A stretch of DNA of 64,000 bases from Bigelowiella natans CCMP2755. Taxonomy: Eukaryota; Protista; Cercozoa. How positions within the stretch are numbered: position 1 is the stretch's first letter; each line of letters starts with the position of its first letter. The notes beneath the pieces were generated by a model, which ran no database searches, was not told the origin of the DNA, and worked only from the letters and a program-made list of their open reading frames with translations. The stretch spans positions 62,001 to 126,000 of the forward strand of contig ADNK01000874.1 of NCBI GenBank assembly GCA_000320545.1, given 5' to 3'. The position numbers and the translations under genes are program-made. This document shows positions 12,264 to 26,924 of this stretch, one piece after another.

Positions 12264-14439
12264 GGTGAGTTAATAACGTGCACCAATCCTCTCGCATCAT
12301 ATCTCATTTCGTCGTGATGATCTCTCTCACTTCGGCAGGAAGAAAGAACACAACAACCCGTTCACAAATCGAGCACAAACTTTTCATTGTTATCCCTGCT
12401 GACCAAGCAGTTTATTTACATCTTTTCAGGATTTGCATCTTCCTGTGTCCTATGATGGAAAGACAATGCTTACGAGGGATAAGGTCATATCGTACCTATT
12501 TTCCAACAATGCTGTTCGTGTAGTAGTAGTAGTAGTAGTAGTAGAATCATCACTGATGAAATCTTATTTACAGTCTCACGCAAACGCGCGCATGGCATTG
12601 CTTGACGATATTAAGCGGAATAAGGTGACAGGGAACACTCCATTTTTCGAAATACCTTCGACAATTATTGCGTCCTGCCGCAATTATTTATTCCAATGTA
12701 AATATATCATACTATGTATTCTCGCGTGTGTGCGGTGTAATAATAATTTGAATCAGGGCCGAACTCCAGGACCGAGAGCTAAGCTACTTGATGAGATATC
12801 TCGTGGAAAGGTACAGCAGCACCTTTAAACAATGAACGCCTCATCAACACACAGGAAGATAAATGCTAACAAATTCCCTGATCTTGCTAAGACATATTTT
12901 TCTATCTACAGTGCTTGAAGAAAGCTCAACTAAGAGACGTGGGAATCTTGGGAGTTGATGTTAGTTTCAATTAACTGCCTCTGCTATTAGCACAAATTCG
13001 CATCATGCAATAGCAGCAGTACTAGCACGCCCTCAACAACAGAAGCAATTCAATATTCTGAACGCTCATCGGCAGTCTGCTTTACTACTAGCAGCCTTCT
13101 CTAATGCTGTTATTTGCCATTCATTTTGATGTGGCAGTCTACAACCATACAAGAAGCAATTGCAGATAGCATAATCAGCTACGATCAGGTAGTCATTTGT
13201 TTGCAATACTAAAAATAATGAGAATAATGATAGTGATATAAATGACAAAGAATAATAATGGAGGGGGCTGACGTTGAGTTCTGTTTGGTCAGGGAATCCG
13301 CTTGTGGAAATACTTCCAAGCAGTTAAGATCATTATTTCCATGATAATGATCATGATGTTGGTGCCCATTATGATGAGGGGGGGGAGGACACGAAGTCCA
13401 CTAGTAGCGCAAGCGACATGAAAACTACTACTTTAATGATAATAATGTTTACTGTTTGGGCGACAGAATTGCAATGCGTTGGATAGTAAAGCGACAGTAG
13501 CGACCAAGAAATCCCATGTGCAGCTCATACAGTAAGGAGAAGATAACTGAAATATTCAACTCAAATGTTGGAATGTTAATGTTAAGATCTAGCAATTTGG
13601 CATGGCAACCGATACTGCGTTGTTGCCGTTTTGGAAGAAGCTGCATATAATATAGTAGTCGTAGTGGTAGTTATAATAATTGCGACGATTGTTATTTTTC
13701 TTAAATAGGGAGGTCCGAAGCAAATATAGTCAGAAGGAGCTTAGAGAACTGGTAAATCCTACATTGATTCGATGCAAGCTTTGTTCTTTCTAACTACCAC
13801 AATTCGCTACTACTGCTATTACTTACTACTACGACTACAGATTCACGCTATGAAGGAAAAACTCAAGCCAAAGACAATGACGTAAGATAGAAGCAATTCT
13901 AAGTACACTCCAAAGTGGCATGGCCTGATTGATTGACTGATGATCAACACCTCATTTTGCGACTTTCTGACAATAACCTTAACAAAATCGCTAATTTTAC
14001 CTATCCTTCAAGGTACGTTAAGAAGAAGTACTACAATTGCATTGCGGGCGCCGAAATCATATTCTTCATTGGTGACTCTAAATATCTGAAGGTAGTACAA
14101 CAATTCTGTGTTCTTTTGTTGAGAGTATTATAGCAGTTGATGACGACGAATCATGCACTTTTATTTAGGACCCTGGCGACACCGAGCACATAGGAAAGGT
14201 TCTTTTAGATGACGGTAATAAAATCGCAGCATGGTGATTGCTACTCACGTTGTTTCCTGAATCTTCCAACCACAAAAGATGATGAGCATCGATGATGACA
14301 TATCGTATGAACAAAACCATCTATCTATCACTAGGTTGGTTCAGGTCGGCATCGTCAAAGAAGGCAAAAAATCTAAAGGGACTGCCTATAAGAGCGGATC
14401 AGTATTACAGGTGCTACTATATCACGTGTTGTATTACTG

Positions 14440-14472
<33 letters not shown>

Positions 14473-14623
14473 ATAAATGTTGCTTTGTGTGTCTTGTATC
14501 ATGTGATATGATTGAATGATGGAAACATTTTTGGCATCATCATAGGTACGGTGATATTATAATACAAGAAGGGCCTCTGGAGCGAATGCATAAGCATATG
14601 TTCAACAGTTCATTCAAGAAACG

Positions 14624-14655
<32 letters not shown>

Positions 14656-15478
14656 TGTCTCTCGATTTTCTTCTTCTCCTTCTTCTTCTTCTTCTTCTTC
14701 CTTTACTTTTTCGATTCCATCATCATCCCCTGGTGAAGGAGAGATGGAAACTGCACTCAAATATTTTTATGATTTGATCGTTATCTACAACACAATAGCT
14801 ATTACCGACTTATTGAAAGTGGGTACACTGCAAAATCAAAGCGTCAAGAGTATAGGCTTGAATCGTATCTGAAAAAGACTGATAAGGACGCACACTCAAT
14901 CATGGAGTAAGATGATAATGATGATGATGCCTTTTGTTTCATTTTAACACCATTCTCTTTTGTCGAATCACCTCTCATTATGTCTCATATTATTGTTAGC
15001 ATTACGGACGCCATATTGGACCCAATACCACGTTTGGCTTTGGATTTCATGCTCAAGGTGTGTGTGTGTGTGTAGGTGTGCGTGCGTGTGCGTGTGCTAA
15101 TTTATATAAATTCCAAGGCAAGCAAAGAGATTCGACTCAAAGCATCTTCTCAAGCAGACAAGAAATTATGGGTTGATACGCTCAAGGTTGCAACTTGTGG
15201 TTTATAATAACATATGCTTCCTAGCACCTAATCAACAACCATATTCCTCCATCATATTTATTGTATTCTCTCAAATTAGACTATCCTGGGAAGCAGCCAA
15301 ACCATTGCAGACAAGAAAACAGCAACTTTTGGTCCTTATTCTCTATTCTTCTATTCTTCTCTTCACATTTAGATACCTACCTATAATACTCGTGTTGCGG
15401 GGTGTTATGCTCAAGTAGTAGCAGTAGTAATTGTGTGTAGTTTACTATCAAGTCTGTCTAATGGCTGTAATTGCTGCT

Positions 15479-15517
<39 letters not shown>

Positions 15518-17029
15518 CAGGGTCCAAGCTCTCCCTCGTGCCAGCTAGCGACGAGAATCCTATGGTAGGCAGTAGGAGTATATTTGAATAAAATCATTAA
15601 TGGTAAACTAAGTTGTATCTGCACCCTCCTTTTGAATCACTTTAGTGCTGTTGCTGCTATTGTTGTATAGTGTGGTGATATTTGCTTACTTTCTTCTTCG
15701 TCGTCGTCACTCTCACAGATACCTGAAGTGGTGTGGAGCTGTGTGGAACATGTCAGAAAGTATGGAATGAAAACAGAGGTACGAGGACATGCTTTTATGC
15801 GATGTTTTTTACCACTTCTATCCTCTTTTTTCACCACGTTACTGATCGATCTTGTTGTGGTTTGTTTGTCTGCAACAGGGTGTGTTTCGAAAAGCTGGTT
15901 TAAAGGTAGCCAATGACGATAAGCGATGATAATTTATTGATTGATTAAATAATTGGGTGCAAAATTTACATATTTTTGGTTAATATCTTATCATTAAATG
16001 TGCTGTAATTAGGAAAGAGTGGACGAACTCAAGAAATGTTTCGATGCAAATATCCCAATTAGCTTAAAGTACTACTCTTTTCGAGAATCACAATTTTTTG
16101 TAGTATTTGATACCATTTATTACCTGCTGCACCATCGCTGACGATTTCCTTCTCCCACGCAGAGAAAAAGACGATGTTCACAACGCAGCAGCGTGCTTAA
16201 AACAATGGTAATACTGTTTTCTTTTCAAATCATGGTGTATCAGTTCTGGTTTAAGACAGCCTGTTGACATGCATTTGCAATATTAATTATTATTGTATAA
16301 AAAACGATTTTCCTTCTTTTCACCCTGCAGGTTGCGTGAGCTTCCAGAGCCCTTGATCCCATTTGAAAAGTACAAGGTAAAAACAGCGAGTTTGTGTTCG
16401 GTGAATGTATTCGTTAATACGGTGATGGCGATTAATTCTAGGAGTTTCTTGCGGCTTCCACAACAGAGGAATACCGTGTTTTAATGAAAAAAATTCCAGA
16501 ACAAAATCGTCAGCTCCTCACATACCTGTGCACATTTCTCGAAAGGTGGGTTTATAATCACGCACCATTTGATGATGATGTTCGTTGTTTATTTTCTACA
16601 TCTGCCTTCTTCGATTGTTGCGTAATTTCGTCGTCAAATTAAACCTGCTAAATATATAAACTACCACAGACTTTCCGTAAATCATGAAATCACCAGGATG
16701 CATACAAAGAACATTGCTTTGGTAACAGCATTACGCTACCACCCGCTATATTATATATAATATATTGGATGATAAAACTTCATAACATTCGAATTTAGGT
16801 GTTTGCTCCAAATATTTTGCGACCAAAAGTTGAGGATGCGATGGAGGCCTTCCAGTCTTCTGACAAAAAGGTGGTTCTATCCCGATTTGGAAATGTATTA
16901 TGATGATTTTGTTAACGATATGATTATATTTATTCTTAGATCGACACATTCTCTGTCATTATTGAGAACGTGTATAATATCTTCGAGCTACAAAGTCCAG
17001 AAAAACAAGCAATCATTCAATTTGTTTAG
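10974..17029 (+). CDS. Rho GTPase-activating protein with WW, WH2, DEP and PH domains (>25 small exons)
   Basis: WW: LPYGW...|TGRGYYRDHKTGKSQWRPP. WH2: ARMALLDDIKRNK|...RAKLLDEISRGK|CLKKAQ. DEP: MKEKLKPKTMT|YVKKKYYNCIAGAEII...HIGKVLLDDG...YYR. PH: IQEGPLER...SFKKR|YYRL...IRLKASSQADKKLWVDTLK. RhoGAP: IPEVVWSCVEHVRKYGMKTE|GVFRKAG (arginine finger), DVHNAAACLKQW|LRELPEPLIP, ITRMHTKNIAL|VFAPNILRP. Stop TAG at about 17029. Confidence 0.8.
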
Positions 17030-17778
17030 ACTTGTTTTTGGCGAGGTCCTGTCTCCTACAGCATCTCACGATTGTCTACGAGCGTGACCATAACCTCTGT
17101 TGAATAAGTTGGAGATTGGGAATGTGATATGCGATGTGTTGATTCGCTCCGATGGAGCATTTGAACCATCCTTTCCACAAGCGATGTTCGTGACACGAGT
17201 ATGTTCACCATTATTCATAGACGATTGATGCTTCAGGCAATCCTGCACATAACTCATATTTTATTGCTAGTTGCAAATTGGAGCGTTGTGCTACGACCTA
17301 CTAATTCATGTGTATACACACATGTGTATGAACACCGTGCCGTCACCTGGCATCGTAGTATATAGCCTAATGACGTGTATGTGTGAGCAATATGGATGAT
17401 CCAACAATGACATCATCGATCACTGCATATGTGTGTTTCAATTTTGCTAGAATCAGCGAATAAGCGTGCGGCTGCTGCACACCGGCATGCATCGAGTCGT
17501 GCATGCATTGCATGTGTCGTATTACGCACGCACATGGCCCTGCAGCGCCGCTGAGCAGATTAACCCTATCATCTAGTAGCTAGCTAGATATATATGGCAT
17601 ATGACATGAGTACATAATTATGTGCTGGAGATCATTTTTGAGTTGTCTTGTGCGTGATATTTCTGCCACCGCCGTACCACCTAGGCGGCCGGCTACAGTC
17701 TTGACAGTTCGTGTCTAATTCATACGATACGTTGCCCATCCTACTGCTGCTAGCATTGCAGTGAAATGATACGACGAC

Positions 17779-19016
17779 TCAAAGATCATCCCTGATTTTT
17801 TTCCCAAAGTGGTCTTTATAGATTTTGCGAAGCGATGATCTTTCCTTCTTCCTCAACTTAGCATTTTCTACAATGAATTTCAGAATAGACTTGGCTCTTA
17901 AGCGGCCAGTGTATTGCAACCTCGGAAATTCAGCATTTGAAGCTGTGTTAAATAGAAGCAAAGCTGGAGTCGTTACTAGGAAAGGAAAATCTTTCTTCGA
18001 GCTGACGTAACACTTGGCCGTTGTGAATTTAGAAGACTGTGAGAGCACTTTAGAAACGTCCTCAAGTACCCGCAAAACCTTTTCTTCGACTTTTGAGTTC
18101 CTAACGATGACGTAGAAATGCTCATCTTAATACACATATCATCGATTTCAAAAAGAACTCTGAAATAGTGGAATTAATTTTCGATATGAGATGATGTACG
18201 AGAAATTCGTCGTCATTGATGAAATGGACTAACCTTGAGTAGAAAAGGACGAACATGTTTCTATTCTCCTGCCTCGATAATTTCATGGTTTTCTTGAAAG
18301 ACTTTGCTGTGCCAATGCTCAGAATTTGGTTATCTGGGGCCTCAAACTCGTCAACAAGAGCATTCGAACCACCAAAATCCTCCTCCCCTTTCGCAGTGTT
18401 TTCTAATTTACTGAGAGCTATCTTTAGATTGTCCGTGGTGAGGTCGTCATCTTCAAATCGAGAATACATGTAATTACTCTGTATTTTAGTATTTTTTGGT
18501 TTTAAGGTTGCACTTCCACGAAATAAGATTATATTTTTAGGGAGTTCTTCCGTAGCGTGAATTCTAAGCAAACTATTTGTCGCAGCATCGCCCTTGTTAT
18601 ACGAGTAGAAGTTGAAAACACCATTGCCATGGAAATCGGCTGCCAGAGCTTTAATCTGGGCAAGAGTTTCGTCATCAGGATCTTCGGAAGCATGAACATG
18701 GAAGAAGTGAAATGTTGCTGGAACATCAAATATGCCAAATATTGATTGGTCATTGACTCTTTGAGGTATGGACATGTATTGCTGACGAACAAACTTGATT
18801 ACGTCATCCTTATTCTGCCCAACACCTCCTCCATCATAATAAGGCGTGATAGAAGGATCTTCTTCTACGCTAGTATCGGCTGCAAACGGGTCTGGAACAT
18901 ATGAGATCATTTGAACTTCATCATCGCTCAGAACCCTTTGAAAAGCGTCTGGCAAGATTTCAGCTTTGGACACTATACCGTACGCTACTCCCGAAACCAG
19001 GGAAGACACTAAATAC

Positions 19017-19062
<46 letters not shown>

Positions 19063-19793
19063 AGTAAAAAACACATCAAGTTCCTGTTGAAAAGGCATAA
19101 GAAGGAGTAATGAAAACGAAGATGATAATACCTTCTTTCATCAGGGTGGCCATACTTTGCGAAGGCTGTTCCGAGTCTGCAAGAGCAATAATAGCTGGAA
19201 TCCTTTCTTCTTGAAATCTGCTGAAGTCCTCGACACTTCCTATTTGGGTTGGGCCTTTCATTTGATATAACACCCATCGTTCCAAGTCTCTCGACATTCT
19301 TGGCCCAGAATAGATTAATGGTGCTTCCTTGTCTTTATTTGGGAATAGCAACACAGAAGGGAAGGACTTGATGCCATATGCCTTTTGCATGCTCATATCC
19401 CCAGAGCAGTCAACTTGGACGCAAGCAATGTTGATAGTGGGATCATCCTGACAAAAATCAAACTCTTAGCATGGGTTCTATCGCACGTTTCGAGAGTAGT
19501 CTGAAATTGGCGACCTTTAGGTTTGCAGCAACTTGTTCATAAACCCCAGAAAACTTTTGAGAGTGAGAGCACCAAGTTGTAAAAAAATTCACCAAAGTAG
19601 CATTGTTTTTCTGCAGGTGGTCTGTAAGCTCTGTGAGAGAGGGTACAACGGGCGGAGCGGTACTTACACTGTTTTCGCCTTCAGCCACAATGCAAAGACA
19701 TGCAAGGGCTAGTAAAACTAATCGTTGATGTGCCAAGCCTTCTCTTCCAGAAGAATTCTCACGTTTATGGTTGATGTTATTTGTCCTCATCAT
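17779..19793 (-). CDS. Protein disulfide isomerase-family ER protein (CxxS active site, RDDL retention signal)
   Basis: Hydrophobic signal segment LVLLALACLCIVAEG; thioredoxin domain LVNFFTTWCSHSQKF...IACVQVDC...YGIKSFPSVLLF...YSGPR; last Trx-like domain without Cys (MFVLFYSR|NSK...YTGRLRAKSILKFI); C-terminus RDDL*. Confidence 0.85.
19018..19060. repeat. (AG)n microsatellite in a PDI intron
   Basis: Seen directly in the sequence. Confidence 0.95.
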
Positions 19794-20497
19794 TGCAACG
19801 TCGTTGTCTAATTATTTGCTGCTTGTGCTCCTCTTTCTGCAAGATAGATGATAATGACGATGATGATATTCAGCAGCCAAGAGTTTCTACAACTTGCAGG
19901 AAGCCATTATTGCACACTTCAGATAATCGGTTCTCTATGACGGATATGCTGTTAACGATGAACTCTGCCAGAAAGGAAACTGGGAATGCTTGTTGAGTAG
20001 GGCCCAGCAGGCAGGGGGGTAGAGGCAGGGGGGCAGCAGATAGATGTGTGGTTAGCAGTTGTAACTGAAAACACGATAAGTAGTCGTAGTAGTAAGAATA
20101 GGTTATAATGATCATATTCCTGAAGCTTTTCCCAGATATATCGCCGATGAATTTCCCTCCCTATAGCTCCGGACTTAATATTTCCACGGATATGTTGTTT
20201 TTTCTTCCTCTCTGCCAGGAATGCATGTTGATATGTTGGATAAAAGGTCGATCAAATAAAGTCTACCAAGAGAACAATTACAACAATAGACAACGAGCAC
20301 AAGTTTGATGGGACGTACATCCGGTTCGAGCGCGCGCGATGGCGGACACGAACGTCACGTCTTACCTACGGAATGAAGATGAAGTTCATCCAACCCGAAA
20401 TTTGATTCGGTCTCTAGTCTTCAAGTGGCGCAGTTCGTGCAGTTTATGCGAACGATTGTCTAATTTCAAGTAGATACTGCTTCGACCAAAACTTATT

Positions 20498-22403
20498 ATG
20501 GAGAGCAGTTCCAATCCGTGGAAATTAGAAGAGGATATCAAACTTCTGCAACTGAGAGCTCAATTGGGGCCTGACTGGTCTAAAATCGCCCGAAAGCTTT
20601 CAGGAAGGTCGTTTCTAACGAATGAAGATGATGATGATGATGTATTTAACACATTGCCATTTAACTAATCGTGTAAACCAGCACGTCTGCGGTGGAAGCA
20701 CTCGCTCGCTTCACTGAATGCATTCTCCCTCCGAACAAGCGTTCTGGAAAACGAGCATCAACTCTTGAGCATAAAAATCGAAAGAAAAAGAAGCGTTGCC
20801 GAAGCAAATACGACGTCATTGATCTGACAGATGATGTGAAAGAGGCGGCAGTTCTCTGCTTGCAAACTATGTTGCGCAATCCATCCTCGCACTCTGCTGA
20901 GTCTTTGCGGAAAGTGTATAGGATGGCTAGAGACGGGGAGAAGGCAGCGAAGAAGGAGAAGGAGAAGATTGCGAAGCCTTCCAAAATATGTCGCGGAACG
21001 CCTCCTATTTCATCATCATCATCATCATCCAGCTCCATTCGTATGGACGCAACTCATGATAACACTCCTCCTTCGCATCTTCATCGTTATCATCGAATCT
21101 ATCATGATAAAAGCGTTCCCCTGCCTCCACTGATAGTAGTCCCGGTTTCGAGCAATGCATGCAAGGACGAAGAGAAAGGAGGGGGTTCTCATAACAACAA
21201 TGGGGAAACCAGAGAAGATTCGAAAGCACAAAGCCATAAAAAGTCAAAGTCTAGAGAAGGGAAGGATTTTCCCAATGAAAAGAATAATGATCGAAATCTT
21301 CACAATCTGAAAAAAGGCGAAAAGCTGCATAATGCCCTCTGTGAGGCACTAAGACGGACACCGCTGACAGCTATTTCTGACATCTGCGATAGAAAGTAGT
21401 AAGATGTGCTAATAACTAGCCTATGGAATGATACTACCATCACAAGAATGTGGTCAACAGTGATCATTTTCTTTCACTGCTACTATTACTGCTATTGCTG
21501 CAACAACTTATTATTATCATGGCAGGTACTATTATACCGAGGAGAAGCAATGGGACATAGAGAGTCTTCGCATTGACTTGCAACATCTTCGTGATATTGT
21601 CGCACTGTACGAAGCAGGGGCATTGGCTTCCAAACTGGAGGATCATCTCAAAGCTAGAGCCGAAATAGCGATATTTTGCGGGAAAAGTGGCGACAAATGC
21701 GGATTCAGGAAACTTTCGATTCTATCTGCAATTGAAAACATTGTGGAAAATGTTGGACTGGGAGGTACTACTTCTCAGTATAGATTTGGGAGAGGAATGA
21801 TGTGAGAAAGTCCAGCAAGGGCAAAAACCCAAATGATACTACTCGTTTGCAAAAGAGGAAAATATGCTGATGATGGTCCACGATTTTGATGTTCTTCTTC
21901 AGGTGAAGAAGTATTTTCAGATGTCGGAGAAGAAGAATGCGAAAGCATTACAAGCTCGAAATCTCAACAACCAGATAATATCCACGTAGATGATAATAAT
22001 AAGAGTACAAGGAAGACAACGAGAAGATCAAAAGAAAGAAACAAGAAATTCGCTGATATTCTCTCGATGCTGAAGACGAAGTATGAGAAGAAAAGCACTG
22101 TTCAGATTACCAACCTAATGGGGGAGGATGCAAGAGATGCAAAGCAACATGACTTCTTCCCACAATTCCCCTTCGTTGCTATTGTAGGGTACGACTGAGA
22201 GAGGAAAGTAGAAATTATGCTTGAGTACTAGGCATGTTGTACCAACAGCTTGGTTGTTGAAATACTAGTATTTAGCGTAATACTTCATGGTGATACAGAG
22301 TATCGTCCAGTTTCGCCACGTTTTCCTGTGATCGTCGTCTTGCTATGAACTACCATTGCTCTCGCAAACTAGAATATTGCCTGTTGTTTATCGTTGCATG
22401 ATT

Positions 22404-22438
<35 letters not shown>

Positions 22439-23132
22439 GCTAATTTCTTTCCCACGCAGCTATCCTTCAGAAGCTTTGTACAAGGCCGTTGACGCAATGC
22501 AACAGAAGACGAAGGCAGCACCTTTTGACCATCACCACCGGCAATCTAACCTCCTTCGCATCAGCAGCGTTCCAAACCAACGTGCAGCATATCATGGTGA
22601 TGGCAAGCAACAGCGACACAAAAGACATGGACAAGAGAAAGACTTAAGCAGCAGAACCCATTATTGGTTTGCACGAGGCCGTTGTGATGATGATGGTGAT
22701 TCTACCGCCTCGATTAACGTCTTAAAATCACCACAAGTACCAACAGCAGTTAGCCATAAAAATGACAAAGAAGGACGACAGCCAGGTGGCGATGAAGTTG
22801 ATAGCGATGATGATGCCCTTCCGCTTCTTATGCCCCCAGAATCTCTAATTGAGCATATCGTAAATGCACGAAGAACATTGGCAGAGCAGAAGGGGGGAGA
22901 TAAAAACACTGGTACTGCTACTACTACTACTACTACTACCACTGCTACCTCTCGTTCTCCCACCATTGTAGCAGCAGCAGGAGGAGGATATTCCAGCGAC
23001 CAAGAAGACGTCATCAGCAGCAGCATCGTGCCTTTTCTTCGTGGTGTCCTCCAAGATATGGAAAAGAATATACCACCTTGTGAGCTTGACCCTTCTAAAT
23101 CGTGGTCATCGTGTGGTGGTGGTGGTGGTGGA

Positions 23133-23165
<33 letters not shown>

Positions 23166-23736
23166 AATGGTGATGGTGACTGCACAAAGCACCGTATGGA
23201 ATGGCGAAGAACCTTGCAAACAGCCAAAACTTTCTCCGACGTAAAGCATTTAGTAGCGACTCTAGTTGAGCAATTACGAGGTACAATGAGGAAACGACTG
23301 GTGCCGTCAACGCAGGTGCTACTGGTAAGATGCAAGGAGGAGGTGGAGGTGGAGGAGGGGGAGGAGGAAGCATCACTGTCATCATCTATGTTACCAAACA
23401 AATCGAAGAAGAAGCTATCAACGCCACAATCATCATCATCATCATCAGTAGCAGCAGCAGCAGCAACAACAACATCATCATCATTGGTGACAGTGCAGGA
23501 TATAGTCTGGTCGCTTTTAGATCTTGACACTTATCTCTCCCAAATAACAACAAGTGTGGAGGAGGATGAGGAGGAGGAGGAACTCGACGATAGTGATGAG
23601 TCAACTTCCTCCCTTTTGATCACAAACGAGAATGAAAGACAGCACAGTGGTTGCCTTGACCACGAAAAAAAGGGAAGAAGAAAGGGGGGGGGGAAGCGGA
23701 CGCTAGGAATGCAGCACCCACAGCAGTATGGAAAAA

Positions 23737-23767
<31 letters not shown>

Positions 23768-23901
23768 AAGCAGAGGAGGAGGAGGAGGAGGAGGATATTG
23801 GAACAGCTTGAAAGAAGGAGATCTAGTCCGATATAGGTTGCAGTGATTCGTTCCATCATTTCGTGTTGTTATATATAAAATATGTGTGTCTGTCTGCTGT
23901 C

Positions 23902-23936
<35 letters not shown>

Positions 23937-26470
23937 TTGACTCTTTCTACAAACGAACACGGCACGATATGATGTGATATAATACGATACTACGATGACG
24001 ACTACGACTATGATACGATACGATATACCAAACCTGCAACTTTCGTATGAGATCATCAACAACTTACTTCTTCGTAATGAGGATATGTGACAACAATTTA
24101 AACCTAATATTACACAGAAAAGGGGTGCATTGACATCAACAACCATTAATAAAAACACACTAATTCTCCTATCATCGTCGCTTTCTTTTTTTCTTTAAAC
24201 AGCTAATAATCTTCTTTTTCCACAATCATTGCTGGTGCTACGATTCGTAGTATAAACGGCAAGATAGGACAGACTGGCGTGGTAACAAAGATTGCTGTAC
24301 TATCACATCAGCAGCAAGAAGAATCGTGTACCAGCAACGATTTCGATAGTGTCGTTCATCATGACAAGAAGGCTGCTGCTGCTGCTGATGATGATGATGA
24401 TGATTATGATTATGCTGCAAAGAATGTCAAAGTATTTGTCCAATTTGCATATCGGCAGCGTAGGTGAGAAAACAACGAATTCCGAAGTGTAGAAACAAAG
24501 AGAGCACACTAGAAAGAGAAGAAGAAGAACAAGAACAAGAAGAAGAAGAAGAATATCTGGTGATGTATGAGAAAGTGGTTGTCGTCGTCGTCATCATAGT
24601 CGTGTAAAGCAGCAGCTAGTTTTTTATCATTCTCTTCATCAAAAAAATTGAGATATGGGGCACATCGTCCTCCGGACTACTTTTGCAAAAGAATGGATAA
24701 TATCATAGATTATGAATTTAGTATTATTATTATTAAGTGATATGGCAAGCAAGTAGTTGGTGACGTATTATAATTAAGGAGATAATCAATGTTTAGCTAT
24801 GGCACTTTGTACTGGTGATATGACTGAAAGCAGCTAGAAAGTTGTGATGAATGCTGCATTTGATGATATTGGCATATTTTATGCACCACCTACCTGCAGT
24901 TTCGACCAAACGACAATTGGTTTTCTAAACAAATGGTAATAATTTAAATAGTAACTTGGTTTAAGGGAGAGGGATAGATTGCGAATAAGTGCGTTTGGTG
25001 ATGCATGATGACTGAAGAGAAAGAAAGTCAATGATGATGATGATGAGGAGGAGGAGGCAATTTATGTGGCATTAACATATGGTGGTGATGATGGTGGTGG
25101 TGGTGGTAGTGATATTGAAAGTGTGATAATTAGCAGTATCATAATGTTTCGACTGCTACCATTTCTCGTCGTCGTTATCATTGTTATCATCACTACAATA
25201 ATTACTGACTTTCATTGATCATCATCATCATCATCGTTATTATAATTACGATAAGGACCGACGATCATCACCTCATACGCTGCTCTTTTCGGGACAACAG
25301 AACCACCACCAGCACAACTCCTCATGATAATGATATTAATGGCAATGATAATGAGGAGGAGTCTTTATTACAGGGAATTGTAAGTTTAAGCACAACTGTG
25401 ATGAAGAAGACGACGACAAGGAGAGATGATGCGAACGTGCACAGCAGCAGTAGCAATCAAGGCAAAGATCCGGAGGAATATAGAAGTAGTAGTAGAGCAG
25501 AAATAAAAGGAGGAGGAAGAGGAGGAGAGCTCTATTCAGATATTAATGGAAAAGAAAGAAGAGATCAGGTTTTCCTCGTTCTGATGAAAGACCTTCGCTA
25601 TTTTGAGATTAACGTACAAGAGCTTCGAGCTGCTGCAATGGGGGGGTCTAGCGGGCCCATACATCAATTCGACAAATTTCTTTCTGATGATGATGATAAA
25701 TATGATGATGAAGAAGAAGAAATCAGGAGTGGAGTGCATTCAATGCAACCGCCACAGAACGTCGTTGTTTCTCTAAGCAATCAAGGCTTGCCTCCAGTAG
25801 TAAAATCATCATCATCATCATCATTATCATCGACTCCCTCACCTCTCCCCTCGCATCATCTTCCCCCCCTCAAAAAGACTACTACTACTGGCTTGTACTG
25901 CAGAAACAACAGCAGAATTACAAGGACTTTCACGGTTTATGACGCTCCAACAGCTGATGATTCACCAGAACTTCTAAAAGCCTTCAATATTCTTCATCAA
26001 AAGGCATTTTCCGACAGCAGCAGCCCAACTCCTCAATCAACAGCTGCTACTCATCATCATCATCATCTTCCTAACGTTTCTTCCCCTGTGGCCCCCCCTC
26101 ATCGTCTATTCTCTACTGAAGATCATCCCGTCAATAAACGCAGAACTGGTTGGTCGAAGCAACAACAACAACAACAACAACAACAAAACAGCAGCAGCGC
26201 AGCTTCTTCCTCTTCTTCTTCCTCTACTCTTGTCCCTTTTACAAGGAGCAGGAGCCAACCTGTTCCAACGTGTATTCTCACCTCAAACACCCCGACGCAG
26301 CATCAGCGGGAGGAGGAGGAGAAAAACAAGCAAACGGCCAGGTTCTACGATGAGTGATGACGATGAAAAATGAGTTATGAAAGTAACGAAGGGCATGATA
26401 AACAAAGTTGTTCTGTGTCGTTGTTGCATTGATGATGATATATCTACTCATTAAGTACCCCTCCATTATA

Positions 26471-26512
<42 letters not shown>

Positions 26513-26874
26513 CATAGGCGAGGACCTTGGGGGAGGAGAGATGAAAGACTTCGTTGTGCAATTTGCCAGCACCACATACGTCGTGATTCAGGGGAGACGA
26601 TAGCTGCACTGGACTGTGCTCATGAGTATGTAGTCGTGTAGTAGTTATGATAGATCATCATAATCATCATCATCCTCTACAATAACACAGACACAACTAT
26701 TGTTGTTGTTGTTGTTGTTGTTGTTGCAGGTATCATGAGAAATGCCTCCATGCTTTCATCGAGTACAGTAACACCGACTATTAGATCTCTCTCCATGATG
26801 ATGGATGATTAGTGTGTCGTAGTTGTCAATCTTGTAGTAGGCCGATAATATGCCGAGAATAACGTAATGATAGG

Positions 26875-26924
<50 letters not shown>

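Noticed and set aside
22661-23965. Minus-strand ORFs up to 289 aa
   Set aside because: Antisense shadows of the low-complexity plus-strand exon 22460-23843.
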